Of a stretch of DNA of 64,000 nt, positions 47,101 through 55,762 are shown one piece after another. The notes beneath the pieces are model-generated. The model searched no databases. It was not told the DNA's origin and saw nothing but the letters and a program-made list of their open reading frames with translations. This DNA comes from an uncultured Desulfobacterales bacterium. Lineage in GTDB: Bacteria; Desulfobacterota; Desulfobacteria; Desulfobacterales; B30-G6. The DNA is taken from assembly GCA_964435695.1 (NCBI GenBank), contig CAYTAQ010000002.1, positions 5,187-69,186 of the forward strand, given 5' to 3'. Position 1 is the first letter of the stretch; each line of letters begins with the position of its first letter. Made by a program: the position numbers and the translations under genes.

Positions 47101-48657
47101 ATGGGCATAAAAATGCAAGAAGCCATCAGACGCCTGCAGGATATTCAGCAAAAGAATCTATTGGGCGGCGGTCAAAAACACATCGATAGACAGCACAGCC
47201 GGGGAAAATTAACGGCCCGTGAAAGAATCGAATACTTTTTGGATCCAGGGTCATTCAGTGAACTTGGGTCGAGTGTGAATGCCACCAGCGTGCGAATAGA
47301 CGGGAGAACAACGGATGCGCCATGTGATGGATCCGTCATCGGGACCGGCAAGGTGGATGGACGGATGATCGCGGTGTATGCCAGCGATTTTACGGTGCTG
47401 GGGGGGTCCCTCGGATGTCAGCATGCCACGAAATTCATTAAACTGATCGACATGGCTGCATCCTGGCAGATCCCCATGGTTTGGCTTCTCGATTCTTCCG
47501 GTGGAAGACTCGGATACACGGATGCCCCCATGGCCGGCATTGACTGGTGGTTCGCGCTCGAGTCACGCTACTCGGGCCTGATTCCTCAGATCAATGTGCT
47601 CATGGGTCCCTGCATTGCCGGACAGGCATATTGCCCGGTCTTGTGCGATTTCCTGCTCATGAGCAGAGAAACGGCCCATTTGTGGCTTGGTGGGCCGAGA
47701 ATGACGCAGGCGGCAACGTCGGAACATATCGGCGACAATGTCGGGGGTGCGGATTATCATATGGAATACAGTGGAACATGCGACGTTGTGGGTGCTGATG
47801 ACCGGGAAACGCTGCAAAGGACCAAAGCGCTTTTAAGTTACCTGCCTTCCAATTTCAGGGAACGGCCGCCGGCTGTTCAACCCACGGACACGATACAGCG
47901 GGATGTCAGTCAACTGGCGAATATGGTTCCGGATGATTATGAACAGGGATACGATATGCACGAAGTGATTCGGCTCCTGGTGGATGACGGCACCTATTTT
48001 GAAATAAAAGATAATTATGCCCGGCAGGTGATTACGTGCTTTTGCAGGTTTAACGGCAACGTGGCGGGGCTGGTGGCCAATAATCCGATGGAGGCCGGCA
48101 GTATGCTGGAAATCGATGCGTGCGACAAATATTACCGATTTCTTCAGGTGCTGGATGCCTATAACATACCGCTGGTTACGCTGACTGATACGCCGCCGCT
48201 CGTGCCGGGTGAAGACCAGGAATCAAAAGGGCTTCTAAGACATGCCGGAAGATTATTGGATACGTATGTTACCGCCACCATACCTAAAATCAGCATTATT
48301 GTGCGGGAGGCTTACGGCGATGCCGGTAGCATGGTGATGGGCGGCGTCAAGGGCACTGGGGGGGATTTAACCTATGCCTGGCCCATGGCAAGATTCGCCG
48401 TCGAGGCGTCGAAACTGGACTATCGCGTTGTTTATGGCAAAGGGGTGGAGGCGGATGCATATGAAGGCTACCTGAATCGTTCACGAGAGAAGGTGGCGGT
48501 ATTTGAAGCGGCCCGAAGCTGGTCGGCCCAGATTGTTGATGAGATTATCGAACCCAAAGATACGCGAAAGAAAATTATCGAGGCGCTGGAAATCACGAAG
48601 CAAAAGCATGTGAGATTGCCGAAGCGGGCGAAAATGCATGCAACGGGGCCGACATAA
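47101..48657 (+). CDS. acyl-CoA carboxylase carboxyltransferase subunit (PccB-type), paralogue 2
   Basis: ..LLGGGQKHIDRQHSRGKLTARERI.. with the same architecture as 45430..46980 but clearly diverged. Confidence 0.8.
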   Translation: MGIKMQEAIRRLQDIQQKNLLGGGQKHIDRQHSRGKLTARERIEYFLDPGSFSELGSSVNATSVRIDGRTTDAPCDGSVIGTGKVDGRMIAVYASDFTVLGGSLGCQHATKFIKLIDMAASWQIPMVWLLDSSGGRLGYTDAPMAGIDWWFALESRYSGLIPQINVLMGPCIAGQAYCPVLCDFLLMSRETAHLWLGGPRMTQAATSEHIGDNVGGADYHMEYSGTCDVVGADDRETLQRTKALLSYLPSNFRERPPAVQPTDTIQRDVSQLANMVPDDYEQGYDMHEVIRLLVDDGTYFEIKDNYARQVITCFCRFNGNVAGLVANNPMEAGSMLEIDACDKYYRFLQVLDAYNIPLVTLTDTPPLVPGEDQESKGLLRHAGRLLDTYVTATIPKISIIVREAYGDAGSMVMGGVKGTGGDLTYAWPMARFAVEASKLDYRVVYGKGVEADAYEGYLNRSREKVAVFEAARSWSAQIVDEIIEPKDTRKKIIEALEITKQKHVRLPKRAKMHATGPT

Positions 48658-48876
48658 ATTTTCATGCTCAAACAGCTACTGTATAGCAAAAATTCCATAT
48701 ATTGAAATTTCATAGCTATCCATATGTATGAGGCATGAAAATTTATCAAAAAAGATAAAAGGGTAGTTTAGATTTCATCTATCAAAAGAAATATCATGTA
48801 TACATCCTGGGTCCATGGATCTCTTTCTCCCATATCTCGGGAGAAGATATAATAACTTCAACAAAGGATGAAAAAA

Positions 48877-49134
48877 ATGACTGAAGCAAAGAAACGCGTG
48901 GAAGTGAAAGCACCCATGTCGGGTATTTTCTATAGAAGACCTTCACCGGATGACCCTGCTTATGTGGAGGTCGGCGATTCAGTGAAAAAAAAGCAGGTCC
49001 TGGCGCTTCTGGAAACCATGAAAGTGTTTCAGAAGGTGAAGTCGCCGGTGACGGGTAAGATTGTTGAGGTCGTGGCTGAAAACGAGACGCCCTTAAAAGA
49101 TGAGGATGTGATGTTTATCATCGAGGTGGGATAA
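48877..49134 (+). CDS. small biotin carboxyl carrier protein (biotinyl domain only)
   Basis: Biotinyl-lysine motif LETMKV inside a roughly 70-aa lipoyl/biotinyl fold. AAAGGA lies 9 nt before the ATG at 48877; the track start is 48868. Confidence 0.75.
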   Translation: MTEAKKRVEVKAPMSGIFYRRPSPDDPAYVEVGDSVKKKQVLALLETMKVFQKVKSPVTGKIVEVVAENETPLKDEDVMFIIEVG

Positions 49135-50507
49135 TGTTTTCAAAAGTGCTTGTTGCCAACCGGGGAGAAATAGCCCTCCGCATTATCCGTGCCTGCAAGG
49201 AAATGGGGATACGGACGGTGGCTGTTTTCTCAGAAGCGGATGCGTATTCCCTGCATCTCAATCTGGCGGACGAACAGGTATGCATCGGGTCTCCCATCAG
49301 TTCCAAAAGCTATTTAAACATCGAACGGTTGATTCAAGCAGCCATGGAGACGCGTGCGGATGCCGTACACCCCGGTTACGGATACCTTGCTGAAAATGAA
49401 TCCTTTGCATGGGAATGTGAAAAAGCCGGTATGACGTTTATCGGTCCTTCACCGCAGAACCTGAAACTGGCAGGCGATAAAATCGCTGCCAAAAAGGTGA
49501 TGAAGTCTGCCGGTATACCGGTGATTCCCAGCAGTGATGAAGGTGTTGCCGATGTCAACGAAGCCAGTCGCCTCTGTGATGCCATGGGATATCCGGTGAT
49601 GGTCAAGGCCGCCGCCGGCGGCGGCGGCCGGGGGATTAAGGTGTGTGCAACCAGGCAAGACCTTCTGGAAGAGTTTCCGGTCGCCAGGATGGAGGCACGA
49701 ACGGCGTTTGGAAACGACGAAGTCTACATTGAAAAATGCATTGAGAGACCCCGCCACATCGAGTTTCAGATTCTGGCCGACCATTGCGGCAACACCATCC
49801 ATCTCGGGGAACGGGAGTGCAGCATTCAGCGCCGATACCAGAAGCTGATTGAAGAATCGCCTTCTCCATCTTTAAACCCGCAGCAAAGAAAGGCGATGGG
49901 GGCGGCAGCGATCGATGCCGCTTTGGCGGTGGGCTATGTGAATGCCGGCACCGTTGAGTTCCTGGTGGATACTGATGGTCATTTCTATTTTATGGAGATC
50001 AATTCCCGTATCCAGGTGGAGCATCCGGTCACGGAATTGACCACCGGCATCGATTTGGTCAAAGAGCAGATTCGAATAGCTGCAGGAGAAAAACTGGGAT
50101 ATGCGTTACAGGATGTCCAAAGGAGGGGATGGGCCATCGAATGCCGAATCAATGCAGAGGACCCTGAGAATAATTTTTCCCCATCTCCCGGAAAGATTGA
50201 GACATATAACGCACCCGGAGGCTTCGGCGTGAGGCTCGATTCACACTTGTACCAGGGGTATGAGCTGCCGATTTTCTATGATTCCCTGATTGCGAAATTG
50301 ATTTCCTATGATCTTACAAGAGACGGTGCCATCCGGGTAATGAAGCGGGCGCTCCAGGAGTACCGGATAGGACCGATCAAGACGACCATACCATTTTACC
50401 TGCAGATCATGGATGATCCGGAATTTATCAACGGTACGTTTGATACGGGGTATGTCAAAAAATTCCTGCCGGATGAGGAAGATGACGAGGAGGATGATGA
50501 GGATTGA
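49134..50507 (+). CDS. accC: biotin carboxylase
   Basis: MFSKVLVANRGEIALRIIRAC, ATP-grasp GGGGRG, and EMNSRIQVEHPVTE motifs. TAATG overlap with the BCCP gene. Acidic tail DEEDDEEDDED. Confidence 0.9.
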   Translation: MFSKVLVANRGEIALRIIRACKEMGIRTVAVFSEADAYSLHLNLADEQVCIGSPISSKSYLNIERLIQAAMETRADAVHPGYGYLAENESFAWECEKAGMTFIGPSPQNLKLAGDKIAAKKVMKSAGIPVIPSSDEGVADVNEASRLCDAMGYPVMVKAAAGGGGRGIKVCATRQDLLEEFPVARMEARTAFGNDEVYIEKCIERPRHIEFQILADHCGNTIHLGERECSIQRRYQKLIEESPSPSLNPQQRKAMGAAAIDAALAVGYVNAGTVEFLVDTDGHFYFMEINSRIQVEHPVTELTTGIDLVKEQIRIAAGEKLGYALQDVQRRGWAIECRINAEDPENNFSPSPGKIETYNAPGGFGVRLDSHLYQGYELPIFYDSLIAKLISYDLTRDGAIRVMKRALQEYRIGPIKTTIPFYLQIMDDPEFINGTFDTGYVKKFLPDEEDDEEDDED

Positions 50508-50554
50508 TGAATTCGTGAAAACGTGAATTCATCAAGTGTTTTGTGTTTTGTTTG
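50505..50554 (+). terminator. candidate rho-independent terminator
   Basis: The 10-bp stem TGATGAATTC/GAATTCATCA with a 10-nt loop overlaps the accC stop. It is followed by the T-rich AGTGTTTTGTGTTTTGTTTG. Confidence 0.45.
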
Positions 50555-50660
50555 AAATATATGCCTATACAATAAGTGGTTAGACCTCCAAACACTAAAC
50601 ACCCTTGTATTAATAGATGACCACCATTTGATAATGTAAAAATATAATGGAGATGACACG

Positions 50661-51452
50661 ATGAATTACCAAACCATAACATTTGAAGAGCCGGAAGCCG
50701 GTATGGGACTGCTGACACTCAACCGGCCCGAGCGATTGAATGCCATCAATTTTGAAATGCTGGATGATTTATATCATCTTTTCAACGAACTCGATGGCAG
50801 AGAAGAGATCCGGGTTCTGATTATCACGGGTGCGGGACGGGGCTTTTGCTCCGGAGCGGATCTCAAGGATAAACGACTTTTGGATGCGGAAGTCTTGAAA
50901 TTATTTTCTTCCGCAGCGCTGCATCTGGAGAAAGTCCAGAAGCGGTATGCCGGCATCATCATTAAGATGCGCCGACTGTCTCAGCCGATTATTTCGGCCG
51001 TCAATGGTCCGGCAGCCGGAGGCGGTATGTGTATGGCCCTGGCATCGGATATTATCATCGCAAGCTCGGCCGCCAAATTTGTCGCTTCGTTCATCAATAT
51101 CGGATTGTCGGGCGGTGAATTCGGAACTACGTATTTTCTGCCGAAAATGATTGGGGTTGCCCGGGCATCGGAGATTTTAATGACCGGTCGGACCGTTGAG
51201 GCGCATGAGGCCGAAAAAATCGGGCTTGTCAGCTGCCTTGTTGATGAGAACCGGCTCATGGAAAAAGCCAAGGAAACGGCGAGAACCATGCTGGGCAAGT
51301 CACCGTTCGGGCTTCGCATGACCCGGGAAGCGATCCACCGCAACTTGAACGCACCGTCGGTTGAGGCGGCGATTGAGTTCGAAAACCGGAATCAAAGCAT
51401 CGGCTGCTGTGACCCGGAGTTTTTTAATGCCGTAATGGCGTTCATGAAATAG
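50661..51452 (+). CDS. enoyl-CoA hydratase/isomerase (crotonase) family protein
   Basis: ..VLIITGAGRGFCSGADL.. and ..PIISAVNGPAAGGG.. oxyanion-hole motifs. Confidence 0.85.
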   Translation: MNYQTITFEEPEAGMGLLTLNRPERLNAINFEMLDDLYHLFNELDGREEIRVLIITGAGRGFCSGADLKDKRLLDAEVLKLFSSAALHLEKVQKRYAGIIIKMRRLSQPIISAVNGPAAGGGMCMALASDIIIASSAAKFVASFINIGLSGGEFGTTYFLPKMIGVARASEILMTGRTVEAHEAEKIGLVSCLVDENRLMEKAKETARTMLGKSPFGLRMTREAIHRNLNAPSVEAAIEFENRNQSIGCCDPEFFNAVMAFMK

Positions 51453-51456
51453 GGCA

Positions 51457-51522
51457 GGGTTACGGGTTACGGGTTACGAGATACGGGTTACGTGTTGCGA
51501 GTTACGGGATACGGGTTACGGG
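51457..51522. repeat. tandem heptad array (GGGTTAC)n, about 9.4 units
   Basis: GGGTTAC x3, GAGATAC, GGGTTAC, GTGTTGC, GAGTTAC, GGGATAC, GGGTTAC, GGG. The array starts 4 nt after the hydratase stop. Confidence 0.9.
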
Positions 51523-51545
51523 CCAACGCGCACATAATCTGCAAC

Positions 51546-51579
51546 TGGTTCTTGGCCGAATAGAAGAACCACTTTTTTA
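51546..51579 (+). terminator. candidate rho-independent terminator
   Basis: GGTTCTT-ggccgaatag-AAGAACC followed by ACTTTTTT. Confidence 0.55.
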
Positions 51580-51607
51580 AAAATTAGAAACAGGAGAGGA
51601 TGGAAAT

Positions 51608-52579
51608 ATGTTTAAAACAAGAATTACGGAAATGCTGGGTATCGAATATCCCATTCTCTGCGGCGGAATGCAGTGGATCAGCTACGGGGAATTTGTTGCG
51701 GCAATCTCCAATGCCGGGAGTCTCGGTTTTATTACTGCGGAGACACTGGGGACGCCGGAAGCGCTGCGTGAGGAGATACGAAAAACCAAAACACTCACGG
51801 ACAAACCTTTTGGCGTGAATATTTCCATGGTGCCCGAGTTTGGTGTTCCTGAAAGAGCCATGCGTTTTTGCGATGTGGTTTGCGAAGAGGGCGTCGCCGT
51901 GGTCGAGACGGCGGGGCGCAGCCCGAAAGAGCTGATGCCGAGCCTGAAAGAAGCCGGTATTAAAGTGATTCATAAGCTGACATCGGTTCGCCATGCACTT
52001 TCCGCGCAAAAGCTGGGTGTTGATGCGGTTACCCTGGTGGGCTATGGTTCAGGCGGTCATGTGGGAATGGATGAAGTGGCGTCTTTTATCCTGGTCCCCA
52101 TGGCGGTTTCCCAATTGGATATTCCGGTCATTGCCGGCGGCGGGATATGCGACGGTAAAGGATTTTTAGGGGCGCTGGCCATGGGTGCAGAAGCGGTTCT
52201 TATGGGAACGGCCTTTTTTGCAACCAAAGAATGTCCGGTTCATGAGGAGATCAAAGAACGCCTGGTTCGAACAAAGGAGACTGAAACCTGCCTTCTGTTG
52301 AAGTCATTGAATAATCCTGTTCGATGCGTTAAAAACAAACTGGCGGATGAATGCCTGGCGCTGGAAGCACAGCATGCCACCTTTGAAGAAATTATTACAA
52401 CGGTTGCCGGCGGCAAAGGCAAGCTGGCCTATGATTCGGGGGATTCCGATGTCAGCCCGATTGCCTGCGGACAGGTGGTGGGTGCCATCGATAGGATCAA
52501 ATCCGTCAAAGAAGTGATAGGGGATATCCTCACCGAGGCCGATGAATTGCTGACAAGATTAAACAGGATGAAGGGATAG
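51608..52579 (+). CDS. NMO/FabK-family FMN oxidoreductase (nitronate monooxygenase / enoyl reductase II type)
   Basis: LGIEYPILCGGMQWIS.......ISNAGSLGFI start and a ..IPVIAGGGI.DG.. motif. Confidence 0.8.
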   Translation: MFKTRITEMLGIEYPILCGGMQWISYGEFVAAISNAGSLGFITAETLGTPEALREEIRKTKTLTDKPFGVNISMVPEFGVPERAMRFCDVVCEEGVAVVETAGRSPKELMPSLKEAGIKVIHKLTSVRHALSAQKLGVDAVTLVGYGSGGHVGMDEVASFILVPMAVSQLDIPVIAGGGICDGKGFLGALAMGAEAVLMGTAFFATKECPVHEEIKERLVRTKETETCLLLKSLNNPVRCVKNKLADECLALEAQHATFEEIITTVAGGKGKLAYDSGDSDVSPIACGQVVGAIDRIKSVKEVIGDILTEADELLTRLNRMKG

Positions 52580-52585
52580 GTATTC

Positions 52586-54256
52586 ATGCAAGAAAAAATA
52601 TGGCACAAGTCCTATGCGAGCGGCGTCAAGAAGCATCTGTCGTATGAGAAAATAACCATATCGGAAGCATTGTTCCGTTCTGCGCATAATTATCCGGAAA
52701 AAACTGCGCTCAACTATATGGGAAAACGGATTAGCTATCAAGAGCTGAACAATCTGGTAAACCGTTTTTCCAAAGCCCTGATAGACCTGGGAATTAAGGA
52801 AGGGGATAAAGTGGGTGTCAGCCTTCCCAATATTCCCCAGGCATTTATTGCCAATTTGGCGATATTTCGAATCGGGGCGGTGACGGTACAGAACAATCCC
52901 CTTTACACCGAAAGGGAACTGGCCTATCAGTTGAATGATTCGGATTCCAGGATCATCATTACCTTGACCTTGCTGGTTCCGAGAATGGAGAAGATCAAAC
53001 CCCAGACGAAGCTGGAAAAAATCATCGGGTGTCATATCCATGCCTATCTTCCATTTCCCAAAAAACAGCTTTTCCCTTTTGTCAAAAAAGGCATGGTTCG
53101 GAAGATCGTTCCCACGGAGGATGTGCTGGTGTTTTCAGACCTCATCAACAAATACGCGCCTGATCCTGTTGAGGATAAAAGCAGGTGGGATTCGATGGGT
53201 GCCATCCTTTACACCGGCGGAACCACCGGTGTCAGCAAAGGGGTCATGCAAAGCCATGCCCATCTGAGTTCGAATGTCCAGCAGTTTGTATCCTGGTTTC
53301 CGGATTTAAAACCGGGAGAAGAGCGTCTGGTGGGAAATTTCCCGGTATTTCACACGGCCGGTTTTGCGGCGATTCAGAATATGATTATCTGGCAGGCGTG
53401 GGAAAATATTTTGGTCCCCCGCCCGGAGCCTCAAATCAATATGGAAATCATTAAGAAATACAAACCGACATTTCTGCCGGGCGTCCCTACCATTTTTGTG
53501 GGCCTATTGGCTGAACCGGCGTTTCGAAAGATGGATCTTTCGTCCATAAAAGGATTTTTTTCAGGTGCGGCCCCGCTTGCGGCGGATACCATCAGGGACC
53601 TCAAAGCGTTGACCGGCGCCATGATGTGCGAGGTTTACGGCTCCACAGAAGCAGGACCTTTTGTGACGGTGACACCCTGGGGCGGCAAGGTCAAACCGGG
53701 GACGGTGGGAATTCCGGTACCCGATACCGATATCAAGATCGTGGATATTAAAACCGGTGAAAAGGAACTCCCCGTTGGTGAGCAGGGCGAGATTGTCATA
53801 AAAGGTCCACAGATTATGATGGGGTACTATAAGAAAGAAAAAGAAACCACAGAAGTATTGAAAGACGGTTGGTTCTATTCCGGAGATATCGGGTGCTTTG
53901 ACGAGGACGGCTATTTGTGCATTACCGACAGAAAAAAGGACATGATCATTGCAGGCGGATATAACATTTACCCGGTGGAACTAGACAATGTCCTGTTTGA
54001 GCATCCAAAGATTTTGGAAGCATGTACCATCGGCGTTACCGATGCCTACCGGGGGGAGACCGTTAAAGCTTTTGTCGTTGTGAAGCAGGGCGAAACCCTG
54101 TCTGAGCAAGAGGTTATCGATTTTTGTAAAGAACGGCTGGCACCCTATAAAGTACCTAAGATGATAGCGTTTATGGATGAATTGCCCAAGACCGCTGTGG
54201 GCAAAATACTGCGAAGAAAGCTGAAAGATATGGAAGAAGAAAAAAATCGGTCTTGA
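52586..54256 (+). CDS. AMP-forming long-chain acyl-CoA ligase
   Basis: YTGGTTGVSKGV, GYGSTE-like YGSTEAG, and A10 PKTAVGKILRRKL motifs. Confidence 0.85.
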   Translation: MQEKIWHKSYASGVKKHLSYEKITISEALFRSAHNYPEKTALNYMGKRISYQELNNLVNRFSKALIDLGIKEGDKVGVSLPNIPQAFIANLAIFRIGAVTVQNNPLYTERELAYQLNDSDSRIIITLTLLVPRMEKIKPQTKLEKIIGCHIHAYLPFPKKQLFPFVKKGMVRKIVPTEDVLVFSDLINKYAPDPVEDKSRWDSMGAILYTGGTTGVSKGVMQSHAHLSSNVQQFVSWFPDLKPGEERLVGNFPVFHTAGFAAIQNMIIWQAWENILVPRPEPQINMEIIKKYKPTFLPGVPTIFVGLLAEPAFRKMDLSSIKGFFSGAAPLAADTIRDLKALTGAMMCEVYGSTEAGPFVTVTPWGGKVKPGTVGIPVPDTDIKIVDIKTGEKELPVGEQGEIVIKGPQIMMGYYKKEKETTEVLKDGWFYSGDIGCFDEDGYLCITDRKKDMIIAGGYNIYPVELDNVLFEHPKILEACTIGVTDAYRGETVKAFVVVKQGETLSEQEVIDFCKERLAPYKVPKMIAFMDELPKTAVGKILRRKLKDMEEEKNRS

Positions 54257-54317
54257 CCCCTATTGTTTGATTCGCTATAATAATTATCAAAATAAAAAAA
54301 ACAATGGGAAACAGATC

Positions 54318-55469
54318 ATGAAAAAGGATGTCCAGATCCTCCGGGTTGGCACATGGATGATTTTCTGGTGTCTTTTTGCATTGTGGCTTGGTGCGACTGC
54401 CATAGCGGAACCCGTGTCTTCCGGCACCGACAAAGCAACGGTTCAGGTATACGGTCAGGTCGACCGCGCTATATTATATGCAGATGACGGAAATACAGGT
54501 GCCTTGTACCAGGTGGACAATGATAACAGTTCCACGCGTGTCGGCCTTAACGGGAAAGCCAAAGGAGAGGGGCTGACGGTCGGCTCGAAATTTGAGGTGG
54601 AACTGCAGTCCAATGCCAGCAATGAGGTTAGCCAGGAGGAGCCGAATACAGACGATGGGGATACCCATTTTGGTATCCGTTATGCGGATCTGTTTTTTCA
54701 ATTTGATAAGATCGGCACAATATCGCTCGGCCAGGGGGATACGGCCAGTAACGGTGCATCGGAAGTCGATCTTTCCGGAACAGGCATCATCGGATACTCC
54801 GGGACCAGCGATTTGGCAGGCGGTATATTCTTTTACAACAATGATGTTGACGCGATTTCTGATACGAAGGTTGGGGACGTGATCAGCAACCTGGATGGAA
54901 ATAGCCGTAAAGACCGACTCCGTTATGACTCACCTACGGTTTCCGGCCTGGGGGTTGCCGTGTCCACGTTTTCTGATCAAAATACCGATTCGGAAGGCAA
55001 ATCCGCCTATGACGCGGCGATACGGTACAGCGGCAAGGCCGGTGATGTCGCCATTGCCGCCGCCATTGCCTATTCAACCTATCCATCCGACCAAAAAGCT
55101 GGCAAGGAGCGGCTGGTCAACGGATCTGCCTCTGTTGCTTTCAGTGGATTCAGTATTACGTTGGCGGCCGGCAACGAAAACCTGGATGACGACACGAATG
55201 ACTCCAAGAATTTTTATTACGGCAAAGTCGGCTATGCCATGGAGTTCTGGAATATAGGACAAACCGCGCTGGCGATCGATTATGGTCAGTACAACGATAT
55301 CGAGACCAAAGAAGATGAAGCCAAAACTGTGGGACTCATGTTTGTGCAGAAACTCGAGGATTGGTCCACGGAAATATACGCAGGGTTCCGGAAGCATAAT
55401 CTGGATCGCGAAGGTGCGGACTATGATGCCGTGAGCGCAATGATGATCGGGGCACGAATTAAATTTTAA
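54318..55469 (+). CDS. outer-membrane porin (beta-barrel)
   Basis: Signal peptide (..WLGATAIAEP), alternating beta-strand pattern, and a C-terminal ..GARIKF. The track start at 54267 is TTG; the ATG at 54318 fits the signal peptide. Confidence 0.65.
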   Translation: MKKDVQILRVGTWMIFWCLFALWLGATAIAEPVSSGTDKATVQVYGQVDRAILYADDGNTGALYQVDNDNSSTRVGLNGKAKGEGLTVGSKFEVELQSNASNEVSQEEPNTDDGDTHFGIRYADLFFQFDKIGTISLGQGDTASNGASEVDLSGTGIIGYSGTSDLAGGIFFYNNDVDAISDTKVGDVISNLDGNSRKDRLRYDSPTVSGLGVAVSTFSDQNTDSEGKSAYDAAIRYSGKAGDVAIAAAIAYSTYPSDQKAGKERLVNGSASVAFSGFSITLAAGNENLDDDTNDSKNFYYGKVGYAMEFWNIGQTALAIDYGQYNDIETKEDEAKTVGLMFVQKLEDWSTEIYAGFRKHNLDREGADYDAVSAMMIGARIKF

Positions 55470-55486
55470 TCCGCCAATTTAAAAAA

Positions 55487-55696
55487 ATGAGACCCTCAAT
55501 AGCACTGGGCTTGGGTGCCATCGTTTTTTGGGCGAGTATCGCCGGGTGTGCTGCTGTAGAACCGTACCCATATCATGATGAGCGGGAAAGCATGCAGGGC
55601 TCCGGGTTTTTTTCGGGCGAAGAAGGACAACTTACAATTTACCGACTGCCGGAAAAAGAAGGACAAATAAAACCTGAACAAAGCAATGTTCGGTGA
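55487..55696 (+). CDS. small putative lipoprotein
   Basis: 69 aa with lipobox SIAGC, 17 nt after the porin stop. Confidence 0.4.
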   Translation: MRPSIALGLGAIVFWASIAGCAAVEPYPYHDERESMQGSGFFSGEEGQLTIYRLPEKEGQIKPEQSNVR

Positions 55697-55762
55697 TCCG
55701 TTGTTTACCAAACCGCATGATTTTTCCCCTGGAAAGATACCCTACGGGGTGGTATTGTATGA

